Positions 36,517 to 48,384 of a stretch of DNA of 64,000 nucleotides are shown here, in pieces. The stretch's first letter is position 1. Every line of letters starts with the position of its first letter. The translations under genes were made by a program, and so were the position numbers. The stretch is from positions 235,416,001 through 235,480,000 of the forward strand of contig NC_058368.1 in assembly GCF_018350175.1 (NCBI RefSeq). Reading direction: 5' to 3'. This stretch comes from Felis catus. Taxonomy: Eukaryota. The notes below the pieces were generated by a model. It saw only the letters and a program-made list of their open reading frames with translations, was not told the origin of the DNA and ran no database searches.

Positions 36517-36664
36517 CTTTCTTCTCTGGGATGGGGCAGAAGTGGGTGTTGCAGGCCAGGGAGGCTGCGGGCTTCTGGTGCACGAAGCAGCCTGGGGCCG
36601 GCCGGCCGCCCGCCAGGCACTGCACGGCCCTCGTCTGCACGCCACCCCCACAGCTGGCCGTGCA
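36517..36664 (-). CDS. ADAMTS16: ADAMTS16 penultimate coding exon (last TSR)
   Basis: Acceptor ctgtttcccgcag|TGC and donor AAG|gtgagt. 148 nt = 49 codons + 1 nt: CTASCGGGVQTRAVQCLAGGRPAPGCFVHQKPAASLACNTHFCPIPEKK. Confidence 0.97.
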
Positions 36665-38722
36665 CTGCGGGAAACAGGTGCACAGCAGTCACCCACGGAC
36701 GCCGGACCGGGCCACCCTCCCTTCCAGGCTTCCCCCTGCACCCAGATCCCCGGCGACTGTGGGGGGCTGACCAGATTCTGGATTAACCCCAGGCGTGGAC
36801 ACAGGAGACAAGGGTCTGGAGCTCTAAAACAGCCTTGAGCTGTGCATGGTCTTAGAACACAAGGAAACTGGTGCCTATCTGGGGGTACCAGGAGGTCCCC
36901 GGGGCCTGCCCAGGTGACGGGTCAGGCATCAGAAACAGTTGCCCTACACAGACTGCAATCACCAAGGCACCTTTTCTGGGGCTCTTTCCTGGGAAAAACT
37001 TGACAGGCCAACTACCCCAGAGGCTCGAGAAAACCAAGCCCAAATCCCCGGACTCTGGATGCCTGCTTGGAAGCGGTGGACCAGTAGCCCGGATTCGAGG
37101 GCATCCTCCTGAGGGCGTTGTTCTGAAACACGTAGGCCCTGCCACCCGAAGGCAACCGAGCACAGCAGAGCCAGGAGGAGCCTCGTGTTGGGCTCGCCCT
37201 TCACCAGCCGGCCGGACGCATACCCCACCGACTACGAGAGCGGGTCCATCTGAGCTCAACTGGGCGCAAGAAGTCAGGGGATGGGCGACCAGGGGGACAG
37301 AGCAACCAACGCCAGCAGCAGCACGTCCGTCCAAAAGGAGAGCTGTCTGATGTCTCGCCTGAATTATGTAGATTGTGCTCAAACAAGGCTCCTGGTTCAA
37401 AAGTGTCCAGAACGCAGCCGACGAAGGAGCACCTACAAGAAGACGGGGTCAGATGACACCGGGGATGCCTGGGGTGGGCGAGCCAGACGGTTGCTGTGAA
37501 ATGCAAGGACAGATCCGTGCAGCACCGGGGCGCGCACGACACGGGCTGCTGGCCGAAACGCACGAGACTGCAAGCCGGGGGCCGTTCAAGTCAGCGAGCC
37601 CCGGGGCTGGTTTTCCAGAGCTGAGGTCAGCTTGCAAGTGAGAAGCTAGCGGTCTCCTGCTTCCTTCCGGGGACGTGCTGTGAGCAAAGGCTCCGTCGAG
37701 GTGGCTTTTTTCAAACCCCCTGGGGTAGGCGCTCTCATGGCGGGGGTCAACATCTTTGTGGATCCAGAGTCCTGAAAAGTCTGACGCTGGGGGGCTCGTT
37801 CTTTCTCGTCTCTTCTCTTCCCCTCTTTAGGTAAAGGCTGGCCGGGCCCCTGGCGGGGAAGAGCTGGGCTCCAGCCGATAAGCACGTGGGGCTGGAATAT
37901 TTCGGTGAGGTTCACCCCCTTCGCTTCAAAAACCAACCTCAGCGACAGCCGTCAACAGCTCAGACTCAATACACGACTACAGCAACCGGAATAAAACGTC
38001 ACGGGCGGGTTCGTGTCCGGTTTCCGAATTATCAGGCCCATCCACGACGGAGACAGATGTTCCTCGCTGCCTGTGACGTCCGTCTGAGCGTTCGGCACCG
38101 CCACACCTCTGGTCTTTGCGCTTCGCACTCTAGGGCCTTCGGAGCCCCTCCCGGCTGTGCCGTAGGGTTCACGCTGGCCACGTGTGTCCGCGTCTGTGCG
38201 CGCCCACTACCTCTCTGCCGAGAGCGGAGTTCTTGTCATCGGCAGCACGGCGCGGGGCTCCCTCCGGTCCCGCTAATGACGCGTCTAAACCGAGAAGCGA
38301 GAGATCTGGCCATCGTCTTTGTCACGGAAACGGTGCTGAAATCGTTAGGAAGGGAGTGGATGCTTTGTCATCGACTCCTGCGTTCACAAATAGGGGTCCC
38401 TCAGCTCCCAGGTGCCAGGCGCTGATCTAGGTGCCAGGGACCGAGCGGTGGACACAGGTGAGTCTCAGGATGTAACGTCCCGACTCGAGCCGAGGTCCTT
38501 CACACTCAGGGAAACAGACCCTGGAACCTGGACGGCAAAGTCAACGCTGATGGCGTCTTCCTCAGCCCCATGAGGTTTAGCTTGCGCATTTGAGGCGATT
38601 CTTCCCGCTGACGGCGGGACGCCGTGCTGCACGGCCACCTGCGCTTGTCTGTCAACCTACACGTGACCACAACTGCGGCAGACATCTGTCCGGACCCCCG
38701 GCTGCTGGCTCCAACCCCCCAG

Positions 38723-39081
38723 CAACGGTTCTCAAACTTGAGTCTGCATGTAAGTCACCTGCTGGCCCCACCCCCAATCTCGAACGTCAACAGCCTGGGG
38801 GGAATGAGAACCTACATTTCTTTTTTGTTTTTTAATATTTTTAATGTTTATTTGTGTTTTAGAGAGAGAGACACAGAGGGAGACACAGAATCCAAAGCAG
38901 ACTTTAGACTCCAAGCTGTCAGCACAGAGTCTGAGGCGGGGCTCGAACTCATGAACTGTGAGATCACGACCTGAGCCGAAGTCCTGACGCTTAACTGACT
39001 GAGCCGCCCAGGCGGCCCGAGCACCTGCATTTCTAGCCACGGTGCTGCAGTGCGGGCTGGGTCACGTTTGGAGAGCCACCG
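38723..39081. mobile_element. MER5A-like hAT-Charlie MITE split by a SINE
   Basis: caacggttctcaaact...tcacctgctggccccacccc...[SINE]...tgcatttcta...gagagccaccg, with degenerate terminal inverted repeats. Confidence 0.7.
38821..39018 (-). mobile_element. SINEC_Fc-type SINE
   Basis: Poly-T to gagccgcccaggcggccc. TSD acct(a/g)catttct. Confidence 0.93.
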
Positions 39082-40816
39082 CTCTAGGTGATCAGGACCC
39101 TGTTGGCCAAGGCCCTTTCTTCTTGTGTTTCCATTTCGGAGCCGACTCAAGTCACGTCCAAGTCTGATGAGAGCGTGTGCAGAGCTGGTGTGCGGCCCGA
39201 CGTGACCAGGGGAGCTGCAGGCTCATAAAGGGGCCTCTGTGGTCACCGAGAGCCACATGCCCTGCTCCCCACCCAGCCCGGCCTGCCCGGCTTACTTCTG
39301 CCCCCCTTCCAGGGTCCCTGCTGCAGACTCGCGGAGGGCCCGGTGCCCTGACTCCAGAGAAGCCTCGGGTGGGCTTAGAGCCCTTGTGGGGCAGAGCCCT
39401 TGTGGCTCTGCAATGTTCGCAGCGGTGTTTCTTCAAGGTCGCGCCTCTTACCGATGCCAAAACTCCGCAGGGACCAGGGCGCCTGGCACGTGGGCCATTC
39501 TGTGTCCGTCTGCTGAGGGGACACTGAGGCAGCTCCTGCTTCCGGTGCGGGTGGGCACAGAATGGGAAGCAGGCACATCGCCCTCTGTGGGGCGTCCCTG
39601 GGCTGGTCGCTCCACCGTCCCCAGCTCTTCCCGGTCCCCTGGACCCCGTCCCTCAGCTCTGTACACCTGCCTCCCTCCCCCGGGGCCGGCGGCCACTCAC
39701 AGGTGCGCCGGAACTCTTTCCAAGACCGCCCAACTAGACTAGGGGACTCGGCTGTGGGGAAGTCAATGCCGGGTCCAGGGGGACGGTCCCCCCACCGCGA
39801 GGTCAGCAGGCTGGGTCTTCTTGTCACTCCAGGATGAAACAACCTCCCCGAAAGTGACGGCCTCTTCCCGTGTGTCAGTCTCCTGCTTCCGGGGGTCTGA
39901 CTGCAGGACCCGCTAAGCACATGTTTCCAGAGCACCGTAATCCTGGAAAGCCTCTCCCTTTTGGGTTTCTTCTGTTTCGGCAACAGCCCCTGAGTTTTCA
40001 GGGACATTCCGTACCAGACACACAGCATACGCCCTGACAGACGACTGGGGCAAACTGATCCGGACCCCTGGTCATTCTCAAAAAATCCAGACAGATGCAT
40101 TTTCACAATAACGTCTGGCTCTGGGTGTGTTTTAAATTACAAGGATCACTCTTCCTTTGTGCCATTGGCCTCGATGGAAAAAGGCTGGTGATGCCTGCCG
40201 ACCGGTAGCTCGAGGCGGATACTCTGGCTGGCTTTATCCCAAGGCACATTCCTGCCCCCACGTTCACGAGCACCACGAGCACCACAGGGCGTCCCGCTGG
40301 CCAGGGCTCAGGTCCAGAGTCAGGGACAGCAAGTGAACAAATCCACCATAATGCCTGAGATCTCACACCTTCCTTTTCCCATCGTGACACCCCTCCTGGG
40401 AGACGCTCCTCCCGTGTCCCCCTCCTGGCTGGGTGCTCCCTCTCCGAGCCTGCAGCCTCTGCCCCCCCCCCCCACCCGATCACTCACCACTGTCCCAGAG
40501 AGCGGGTCTACTCGGGTCAAGACGGGCTAGCGCAGCCTCAACAGCCTCGTCACCACAACCTCTGCTCTGAACACAAACGGAGCAGGGAATTTTTGTACAA
40601 ATCTAGTGGCTTGCAAATACAGACTCCCTCCGACTCAGGCAGTGCATACTGTGACCCTATCCGGTAATGTCAGCAAGAAGGTCCCTGATCCCTGTGCACC
40701 ACCCAGGACTGGAAGACGAAGAGAACAGAGGAGCAGCGAATTCTTAGAGGTGGGCAGGCGACTGGATGTCGGGGTGCAAGGAGCCTGTGCATTCTGTGTG
40801 TACCTGTGTGTGCGCA

Positions 40817-41071
40817 TGCCTGTGTGTGTACCTGTGTGCGTGCATGCCTGTCTGTGCGGGTATGAGTCTGTGTGTGTACATGTCCGTGTCTGCGTGCCTG
40901 TGTGTGTATCTGTGTGCGTGCATGCCTGTCTGTGTGGGTATGAGTCTGTGTGTGTACATGTCCGTGTCTGCGTGCCTGTGTGTGTATCTGTGTGCGTGCA
41001 TGCCTGTCTGTGTGGGTATGAGTCTGTGTGTGTACATGTCCGTGTCTGCGTGCCTGTGTGTGTACCTGTGT
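40817..41071. repeat. Minisatellite, 78-bp unit, about 3.3 copies
   Basis: tatgagtctg recurs at 40861, 40939 and 41017 (period 78). Units are nearly identical. Confidence 0.95.
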
Positions 41072-41136
41072 GTGTGTGTGCCTATTGCTTGTGTACATGT
41101 GCACGCCCACGTGCATGTACGTGTGTTTGCCACAAC

Positions 41137-41368
41137 TTTTTTTTTTATTTAAAAAATTTAAAAACATTTTTAACATTTATTTTTGAGAGAGAGAGACAGA
41201 GTGCGAGCAAGGGAGGGGCAGAGAGAGAGGGAGACACAGAATCCGAAGCCGGCTCCAGGGTCTGAGCTGTCAGCACAGAGCCCGACACGGGGCTCAAACT
41301 CATGAACCGTGAGATCGTGACCTGAGCCGAAGTGGGACGCTCAACCGACTGAGCCACCCAGGCGCCCC
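41137..41368 (-). mobile_element. SINEC_Fc-type SINE
   Basis: Full-length. TSD acaacttt. Confidence 0.95.
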
Positions 41369-43595
41369 TGATACAACTTTAATATTCCTGATGGAAAACC
41401 ATATTGATTGATCATCAGTGACATGGCCCCTTGCCCCCCAGAGCCTATGGGTTTCCAGGTCAATTGTGCATCCCTGGCACAAGCCAGGCCCCCCACCCCA
41501 TCCCAGAGGACACACTCCCATCTCTGTCATATAGCATCAGACAGTCCAACAGGTGTTCACACGTAAGCCATTCCCAGACCAAATCAGCATGGGAACCGCC
41601 TGACCCTAAAGCCCAGGTGACCAAAATGACTGAAGTCCGTCCTACTAGGTAACCTTCCATGAAATGTGATGATAAGCAAAGCCATTTAAATCAACAGAAA
41701 GCCTGAAGATCACGTGATAGAAACCACGAGCTTGCAAGGGTTACAAGAACGAGCCTGTCGGGGGCAGCGTTCAGCCAAGCACTGGCCATCCCTCACGGCC
41801 GACGATTCCCCACCATTTGAGGGCACAGTCTTGAGTGCCAGTGCTTACAACACATAAAACCCCTTGAGTTATTACTCCCAAGAAGGAACATTCTCAGAAC
41901 ATAATAGATGAATCACCCTGGATAAAAGGCTCAGGCAGCTTATGATAAAAATGACTTATTAGACAAGCACACTGAACATTTCAGACTGGAAAAAGCTAAG
42001 CAGGATGTATTTTCGGCTTTAGGTTTTGGGGTAAATGAAATGACGAGGAACCTCGGTTTTCTGAATTTCCCCGCGGTCTCCGAATGGGCACAGCGGGGTG
42101 AATGCTGGCGTGGCCGGAGGCTAGGAGCCACTGGAGCCACAGGAAGGAGACTCGGGGTCCCTGTTGACAGAAGGACAGTGGTCTCGGGGACCACCTCTGT
42201 GTGTCTCTGACCCATACCTCCCCCTCCCAAGGGACAGAGAAAGTGAGGCCTCTGCCCCAGAAACAACTTCACTCAGCTTGTCCGCTCGGCTCTTGCTTGA
42301 TCGAAGTGGAAAGACCACGCACCCACAAGAAGATCAACGGGGGCCGCCTGGGAAAATGCTGTAGTTATTGGTACTTTTTGTCCATTTAAAATAGAAAATG
42401 CTTGAGAAGGATAGCGTTCTCAATGTCGCCTGCTCCAATAATTTCAACTAAATCATTTCTCATTTAAATACTTTTAGGAGGGGGGTTCATAGATTTCTAA
42501 ACGCAAGAGCTATTTCAGGTTTGAAGACCCACAGAACCAGACGCTGGACCACGACGCGTCAGGGGTTCCGCGTGGGGGGCGCCCAGAGGCTGGTGGCCAC
42601 CCCACATCCTTCACCCTCCTTCCTTCTGTCTCCTCTACCTTTGTATCTCTTCAGAAAGAGGAGGGAGGCCAAGACAGGCTGCCATGTGCAAATTAGAAAG
42701 AGCTCACTCCTCTGGCCAGGCCAAAAGATGAATCAGAAAACACTCCCTGCCCCTGCTCATGGGGACGATGGACTGAGCGAGAGCCCCTCTCTCCCGGGCA
42801 GAGCAGCAGAGAACAGAGTCCTCGGGGTTTGGCCAGTGGGAGTGGCTCAGGATGTCTCAGCCCCACACACCCCTCGGGCCTGGGTGCCCCCTGAGCCAAG
42901 AGCAGAAATACCAGCAGGAGAAGAAGGATGAGGGGACCTGGGACAGGCAGGGATCCGAGATAAAGGCTGGCGGGCAGAACCACACGCAGAAAGGAGAGCC
43001 GAGCCCCAAGGTGAGGGTTACCAGGAACCCAGAGTGGGAAACAGAATAAAGAGGGGGTGACCACTGTAACGGCAGGATTCTTCCCTAAAGTCAAAGGCAG
43101 TGTGGAAGGAGTAAGGGGGGGTGGTGCCAGCACGGAGGAGCTCCGTCGGCCTGGGCTGGCCTCGCCTGAGGGTCCAGGCAGGCCAGGACAGTGCAGCGCG
43201 CCGGACCCCCTTCCCACGTGCACGGCCTCGGGGTTACCCGGGTAGAACCCGCAGTCACCGACTTCCTCCAGAGCTCGTCCTTGGTCCCCGTTCACACTCA
43301 CCTCTGGGGAAGTCTGCCCAGCTTTTGCATAAAACGAAAGCATGATGTTTGCCTACACTTAAGTGGGTGACGGCTTCGAACAAGGCCCACGTGCCCTAAA
43401 AGGGTCAGTGACATTTGGAGCCCGGCCTCGGAAAGCTGCGCCCGCACCCAGGAACCTGGGCGTCGCACCTGCTCTGGAGAGAAGGGTCGGGGCCCGGCTC
43501 TGGGGGTTGGGGGGCACCCTTTGCAGATGTGCGCCCGCCTACGCCAGCGGCCCACCCCCCAGGGCGGGAGGCGCGGTCACGTAGCGTCGCCCTAC

Positions 43596-43820
43596 CTGAG
43601 ACCAGGGCGAGGCAAACCAGCTGGCCCGAGGCGGGCCCGCGGCTGCGTGCGGGGGGTGCCTGGGACAGGGAAACGGGGCGCAGGCTCGCTCTAGCTCCAC
43701 GCTCGGCCGCGGCAAGTGCAAGCACTTCTTTGAGGCCAGCTCTCGGTACTTCCCAGAAACGTGCTTTTCAGCACACTTCAAGAATCTTCTCTGTGTTCCT
43801 CGTTCACACGTAACAGAGCA
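43596..43820 (-). CDS. ADAMTS16: ADAMTS16 internal coding exon (3rd from last; TSR)
   Basis: Acceptor ttttatttttag|TGC and donor CAG|gtaggg. 225 nt = 75 codons: CSVTCERGTQRRFLKCAEKHVSGKYRELASKKCLHLPRPSVELERACAPFPCPRHPPHAAAGPPRASWFASPWSQ. Confidence 0.97.
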
Positions 43821-45509
43821 CTAAAAATAAAGCAAAAGCCGTGAGCGAACAATATTTCTTTGGTGGCGGCTTTTCGCTACGATCGGTGAGTCAAACTGTC
43901 TTCGGATTATATCCGCTTGAGCATTTATGTAACTGTGAAAACTGAGATTTATTGGACCTTGGCATTTTAAAAAGGCATTACGGTGTATCTCGTGGAGAGG
44001 AGGATGTGAAGGCACAGCGTTCGGGGGCCGGAGGAGGGGCAGGGCAGACAGAAACCATGAAGGGAGGAATTCTGAAGCTATCGTTTCATGAGAAGATAAC
44101 ACGTTGGGTTGCACCCAATACTGGAACGTGCGGAAACGTAATACAGTGCCTGCCCCCAAAGCAGGGGACCCCCGGGGCTCACGAGTGTGCCTCAGAAAGC
44201 CAAGAGAAGGCGGCAAGTCTGCTTGGGGCACAAATGCGATCTCTCCCGGTCAGGGGGTGCTCTGAGCCCGGGGCAGACGGCGCACAGCGGGCTGAGATGA
44301 GCGATCCGGGGTCACTGGGTCTCCGGAGAGAAATCCCCATCCCCCGCGATGAGGCCCAGAGCTGGCGAGTGGGGGACGCTGTGCTGGGCGTGTGACTCCA
44401 CCCGGGCTCAGCGTGTGCAGATCACATCAGCGCAGGGGCCCGGGTTCCGGCCTCACACTCGCGCTCACGCTGACAGGTGTGTGCCTGTGTGTTTCCTGTA
44501 CTTCGGGAGCCCGTGCCCTGTGTGGAGCTCAGTCTCCAGGGGGGAGACTTTCTACCGGGTGGCTTCCTTCCTGTGGGCTCGGCCTTCAGGGGCACGCACA
44601 GAACATGCAGTCAGTCCTAGGAGAGTCTAGGCTCCCAGGTGAGAGAGAACCCGAGGCCCGGCTGGATCCATTCTCTGTCCTCCTGAGCAAGGTCATTCGA
44701 GGTGTGGGTGGGAATGAGCCCAGCTGGCCCGAGGAGCCCGGGACAGGGGAGCTGCTCCGGGATTAGTCTCTCAGTACCCTGCGCGGGGGTGACGCTGCAA
44801 TTCCGTGGGCTGCTCTCTTTCTGGTGTCCTTTTTGACCCTAGTGACGCCTACACGTCTGGGTTGAGGCACAGGGAGATTAAGGAGCTGCCACCACCCTCA
44901 GGGAGCCCCTGGGTGCCCGCGGCACAGGTGTAGGGGCCTGGCAGGGGGCCCTTCCCAACACCCCCTCCCCAGGGTCGGAGGCTGCGCCGGGCACCCTCAC
45001 GTGGGGTCACGCCACCGTCAACACTCACGTTCCCACCTGTTAGCGTTCGGCACACCGACAACACATCAATTCCTGCAAAACCAACATGAGCAGTTTCCTC
45101 CCCAAGTGCGGCAACTGCTCACGGAAACGGCTCAGGAAATGGTCCTCGTCTCTTCCCAGGGCAGTCGCCTTCTTCCCGCCCTGCACTACAGGGACACGGC
45201 CCCAGGAATGGCTACGGCTGCCCTGGGGCTCGGTGGGTCCCCAGGACCCCGTCAGCGTGACGAGCGTCCCCAACCCGTCCTGGCCTCGAGACGGGGTGGG
45301 TGATGGCCCCGTGGATGCCGCTGGGCGAGCGGTTCGAAGGGCGTGATCGGAGAGTCCCCGACGTGCCAAGGAGGGGAGACCGGAGCCCCAAAGGGTGGCC
45401 TGAGCTGGAGAACCCAGACCCGGAGGAAGAGGAGCGGGGAGCAGTGAGAGCAGGGGAGGGGACAGCTGGTCGACCCGGTGCCGAGTGCCCCGGCTCCAGG
45501 AGCACCCAC

Positions 45510-45704
45510 CTGGGACCAGGCGGACACCAGCCATTGCAGCTTCTTGTGCTTGTGGCAGCGCTTAAGCAGACAGACTTCGTGAGTCCTAGGCTTGGGCTCG
45601 GAGCTGCAGACCCCGTCCGGCAGCAGCTGCGGCCTGGCCACGGGGCTGGTGCTCTTACAGGCCACGGACCTCTTCCTCCACCCCTTCCCGCAGGTCCGGG
45701 AGCA
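45510..45704 (-). CDS. ADAMTS16: ADAMTS16 internal coding exon (4th from last; TSR)
   Basis: Acceptor ttttcttcccacag|TGC and donor CAG|gtgggt. 195 nt = 65 codons: CSRTCGKGWRKRSVACKSTSPVARPQLLPDGVCSSEPKPRTHEVCLLKRCHKHKKLQWLVSAWSQ. Phase 0/0, in frame with neighbours. Confidence 0.97.
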
Positions 45705-45850
45705 CTGTGGGAAGAAAAGGGGCCGAGTCCCAGCGAGGCGTCCGTCGGACCCACCCTGACCCCCCCCCCCCCCGCAAGGTCCAACCCAGCTCCGCGATCG
45801 GCAGGAGGGGACCCAGCCGCCGCCCCCCACACCAGCCCGGCCCCAGTTAC

Positions 45851-46052
45851 CTCCGCCCAGGGCCCCGCGCTCCAAGCGGGCGGGCAGCTCCGAGGCTGGC
45901 AGGCCTGTCTGCTGGACGGCATGGGCTGCGGACACAGGCTGGCCGCCACCCGCTCGGACGCGAAGCGTGCCCGTCGCGTGCACTGGACGAGGCGGCTCTG
46001 GGTGCCCCCACCGCAAGGCTGGCTGCACGTGCTCCAGTTCCCCACGGACCAG
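45851..46052 (-). CDS. ADAMTS16: ADAMTS16 internal coding exon (5th from last; TSR plus start of next TSR)
   Basis: Acceptor gttgtcccctcccag|C and donor GAG|gtaact. 202 nt = 1 nt + 67 codons: WSVGNWSTCSQPCGGGTQSRLVQCTRRARFASERVAASLCPQPMPSSRQACQPRSCPPAWSAGPWAE, a TSP1 W-S-x-x-x-W-x-x-C pattern matching the ADAMTS16 C-terminal region as I recall it. Confidence 0.96.
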
Positions 46053-46454
46053 CTGGGAGGGGACAACGGCACCTCGGTGAGGGGCGCCGCCCGTGCGGGA
46101 GACACGGCCGCGCCAATCCCACCCACGGCCCACAGGCACACCGTTGTTTCCAGTCGGCAGCTCGGCAGCCTCTCCGGTCCCTGCTGCCTCTCACCTTCCC
46201 GATTAGCCCTCCTGCCTGTGTTTCTCTCCTCCCCTGCTTTCAGTTCACCGGCACAGTGCTCTCTCCTCCCCTCTCGCTGGTTTTTAGCTGGGACACTTCA
46301 GGCACGTGCAAAAGGAAGGCCCTCTGTGTCCCCATCCACCCGCCTTCAATGATCATCAACTTACACCTCCAAACCCTGCAGCACGTTGACAAAAATTCCG
46401 GATGCATGTGGATTTCAATTGCATCTCTGCAAGATGCACTCTTTGCTGTTGTTT

Positions 46455-46686
46455 CTAATTTTTTTTAACTTTATTTTGACAGAGAGAGAGAGACAGAGAG
46501 AGACAGAGACAGAGAGAGAGAGCACGAGTAGGATAGGGGACAGAGGGAGGGAGAGACAGAATCCCAAGCAGGTTTCACACTCAGTGCAGAGCTCAATGCG
46601 GGGCTCGAACTCACAAACTGTGAGAGCATGACCTGAGCTGAAATCAAGAGTCAGAGGCCCAACTGACTGAGCGACCCAGGCACCCC
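46455..46686 (-). mobile_element. Can-SINE (SINEC)
   Basis: GA tract, gacagaatcccaagcagg, gcgacccaggcacccc. Confidence 0.93.
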
Positions 46687-46699
46687 GAGGATTCTTTGG

Positions 46700-46931
46700 T
46701 TTTTATTTTTTTTTAACTTTTTTAAATGTTTTTATTTATTTTTGAAGGAGAGAGAGAGACAGAGCATGAGCCGGGGAGAAGCAGAGAGAGAGGGAGACAC
46801 AGAATTCGAAGCAGGCTCCAGGCTCCGAGCTGTCAGCACAGAGCCTGATGTGGGGCTCGAACTCACGAGCCATGAGATCATGACCTGAGCCGAAGTCGGA
46901 CGCTTAACCGACTGAGCCACCCAGGCGCCCC
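46700..46931 (-). mobile_element. SINEC_Fc-type SINE (in tandem with previous)
   Basis: Full-length. TSD tttggtttt. Confidence 0.95.
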
Positions 46932-46939
46932 TGTTTGGT

Positions 46940-47430
46940 TTTGAAAACATAACCATAATACCTTCGTGGCACATAAAACATTAACGCGATCCCTTACTAT
47001 CATTAAATATTCAGTGTTTCCTTGCCAACCATGTCATAAATGTCCTAACTTGTTAATCTGCTTGGTGGAATCCAGACAGAGTCGGTCGGCACTTTGCAAC
47101 TGGCTGGTATGTCTTTCTTCTCTTTTAGTCTATTGGTTCTTTCTTAATGTATTTTTCTATTGGATTGATTGGTTTTAGACACGATACCGCTTGCCTTGCT
47201 GAGTCTCCATAGTGGCTTCTGATGATTGCAGGAGTCCCCAAATTACATCTCTGTGGTTTCACTTAACATGTTCTTCCGTCCTCTGTCCTTCCTGTAACTT
47301 AGCAGCTGGATCCAAAGGCTTGATTGGACTTAGGTTCTATTTATTTATGTATGCATTTTTTGTGAGAAGACTTCAGACGTGAGAACTTCCCAGTAGGAGG
47401 CCCATAAGGCCTGGTCATCTTTCTTTCAAT
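46940..47430 (-). mobile_element. Old LINE-1 3' UTR fragment (L1MC4/5-like)
   Basis: ttaacatgttc...ttcctgtaa...ggatccaaaggcttgatt...aggtt...aggaggcccataa. Confidence 0.6.
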
Positions 47431-48149
47431 TTGATAGACGCTGTCGAGAATGTTCTCCCTGAAAGCAAGTTTTTTTTTTTTCTTTTCTGATTCTAGAAGT
47501 ATTTCTTGTTGATGTGTATGTCGGTGGGTGATGGAGGGGGGATGGAGGTGGGTCCAGGCTCAGCTGGGGCGCCGCTACTGGGTCTCAGATAATCCCGCGA
47601 ATGTCTACGAAGCCACCCACTGGCTTTGAACCAGCCCATCTGCAGGAGGGCCTAAGATGCACGCTCCAGGTGGGGGGTCATCTGAGGCAGGAGGGGCAGG
47701 AGAGGAAATGTGGCTCAGAGACCAGGGTTTGTACGGCGAGAAGGCAGCCATCTGGCCTCTGAGAGGACACGATGACTCTCACTCCTAGTTTCTTCCGTTC
47801 AGGGTGTTCAGGCAAAACTTGGAAATTTTGCAGGTAACTCTGAGGCCCGGTGGGCTCCACATTGGCTCTATGAGCCTCCTCCCACAGACTGTACCCCGAC
47901 AGTCACACGTGAGTCCAGCAGAAGCCAAGAACGCTTGGGGGAGAGCTCGTGAGACGCCTCTCAGAAACACCCCGTATCAATGCGAGAGGCTCTGTGAGGA
48001 CTCCAGCTGGGGACCCAGCTGATGCAGACAGAGACACAGCGTGGAAGATGGGGACTGTCCAGAGGGGACCCCTGGGATTATCCCTCACACTCATTTCTTC
48101 AGGGTCGCTCCCTCTCTCTCCGAATATGGCGTACGTTTAAACAATTCTA

Positions 48150-48335
48150 TGTTTTTGGTTTATTTATTTTGAGAGAAGGAGCGAAAGCAGGGGAGGGGAG
48201 ACACAGAATCTGAAGCAGGCTCCAGGGTCCGAGCTGTGAACGCAGAGCCTGATGCAGGGCTTGAACCTATGAACCATGAGATCATGAACTGAGTTGAAGT
48301 CAGTTGCTTAACAGACTGAGCCACCCAGGCACCCC
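48150..48335 (-). mobile_element. SINEC_Fc-type SINE
   Basis: gagacacagaatctgaagcaggctccagg...gagccacccaggcacccc. Confidence 0.93.
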
Positions 48336-48384
48336 CATTTTTTTAAAGCATAGGTAAGGGCAGGCAATATATGCAACTTAAAAA

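Noticed and set aside
40817..41071. Regular repeat resembling a CRISPR array
   Set aside because: Units are contiguous with no unique spacers, there are no cas genes, and the DNA is mammalian.
40606..41265. Cys/Val-rich and His/Thr-rich repetitive ORFs
   Set aside because: Translations of the 78-bp minisatellite and the adjacent SINE.
45212..46141. 309-aa and 295-aa minus-strand ORFs as standalone genes
   Set aside because: Each contains one real exon plus intron read-through. The spliced model explains them.
45300..46352. 350-aa plus-strand ORF (and the 253-aa ORF at 45707-46468)
   Set aside because: Antisense shadow of two GC-rich ADAMTS16 exons. No domain features, and stop codons are scarce at this GC content.
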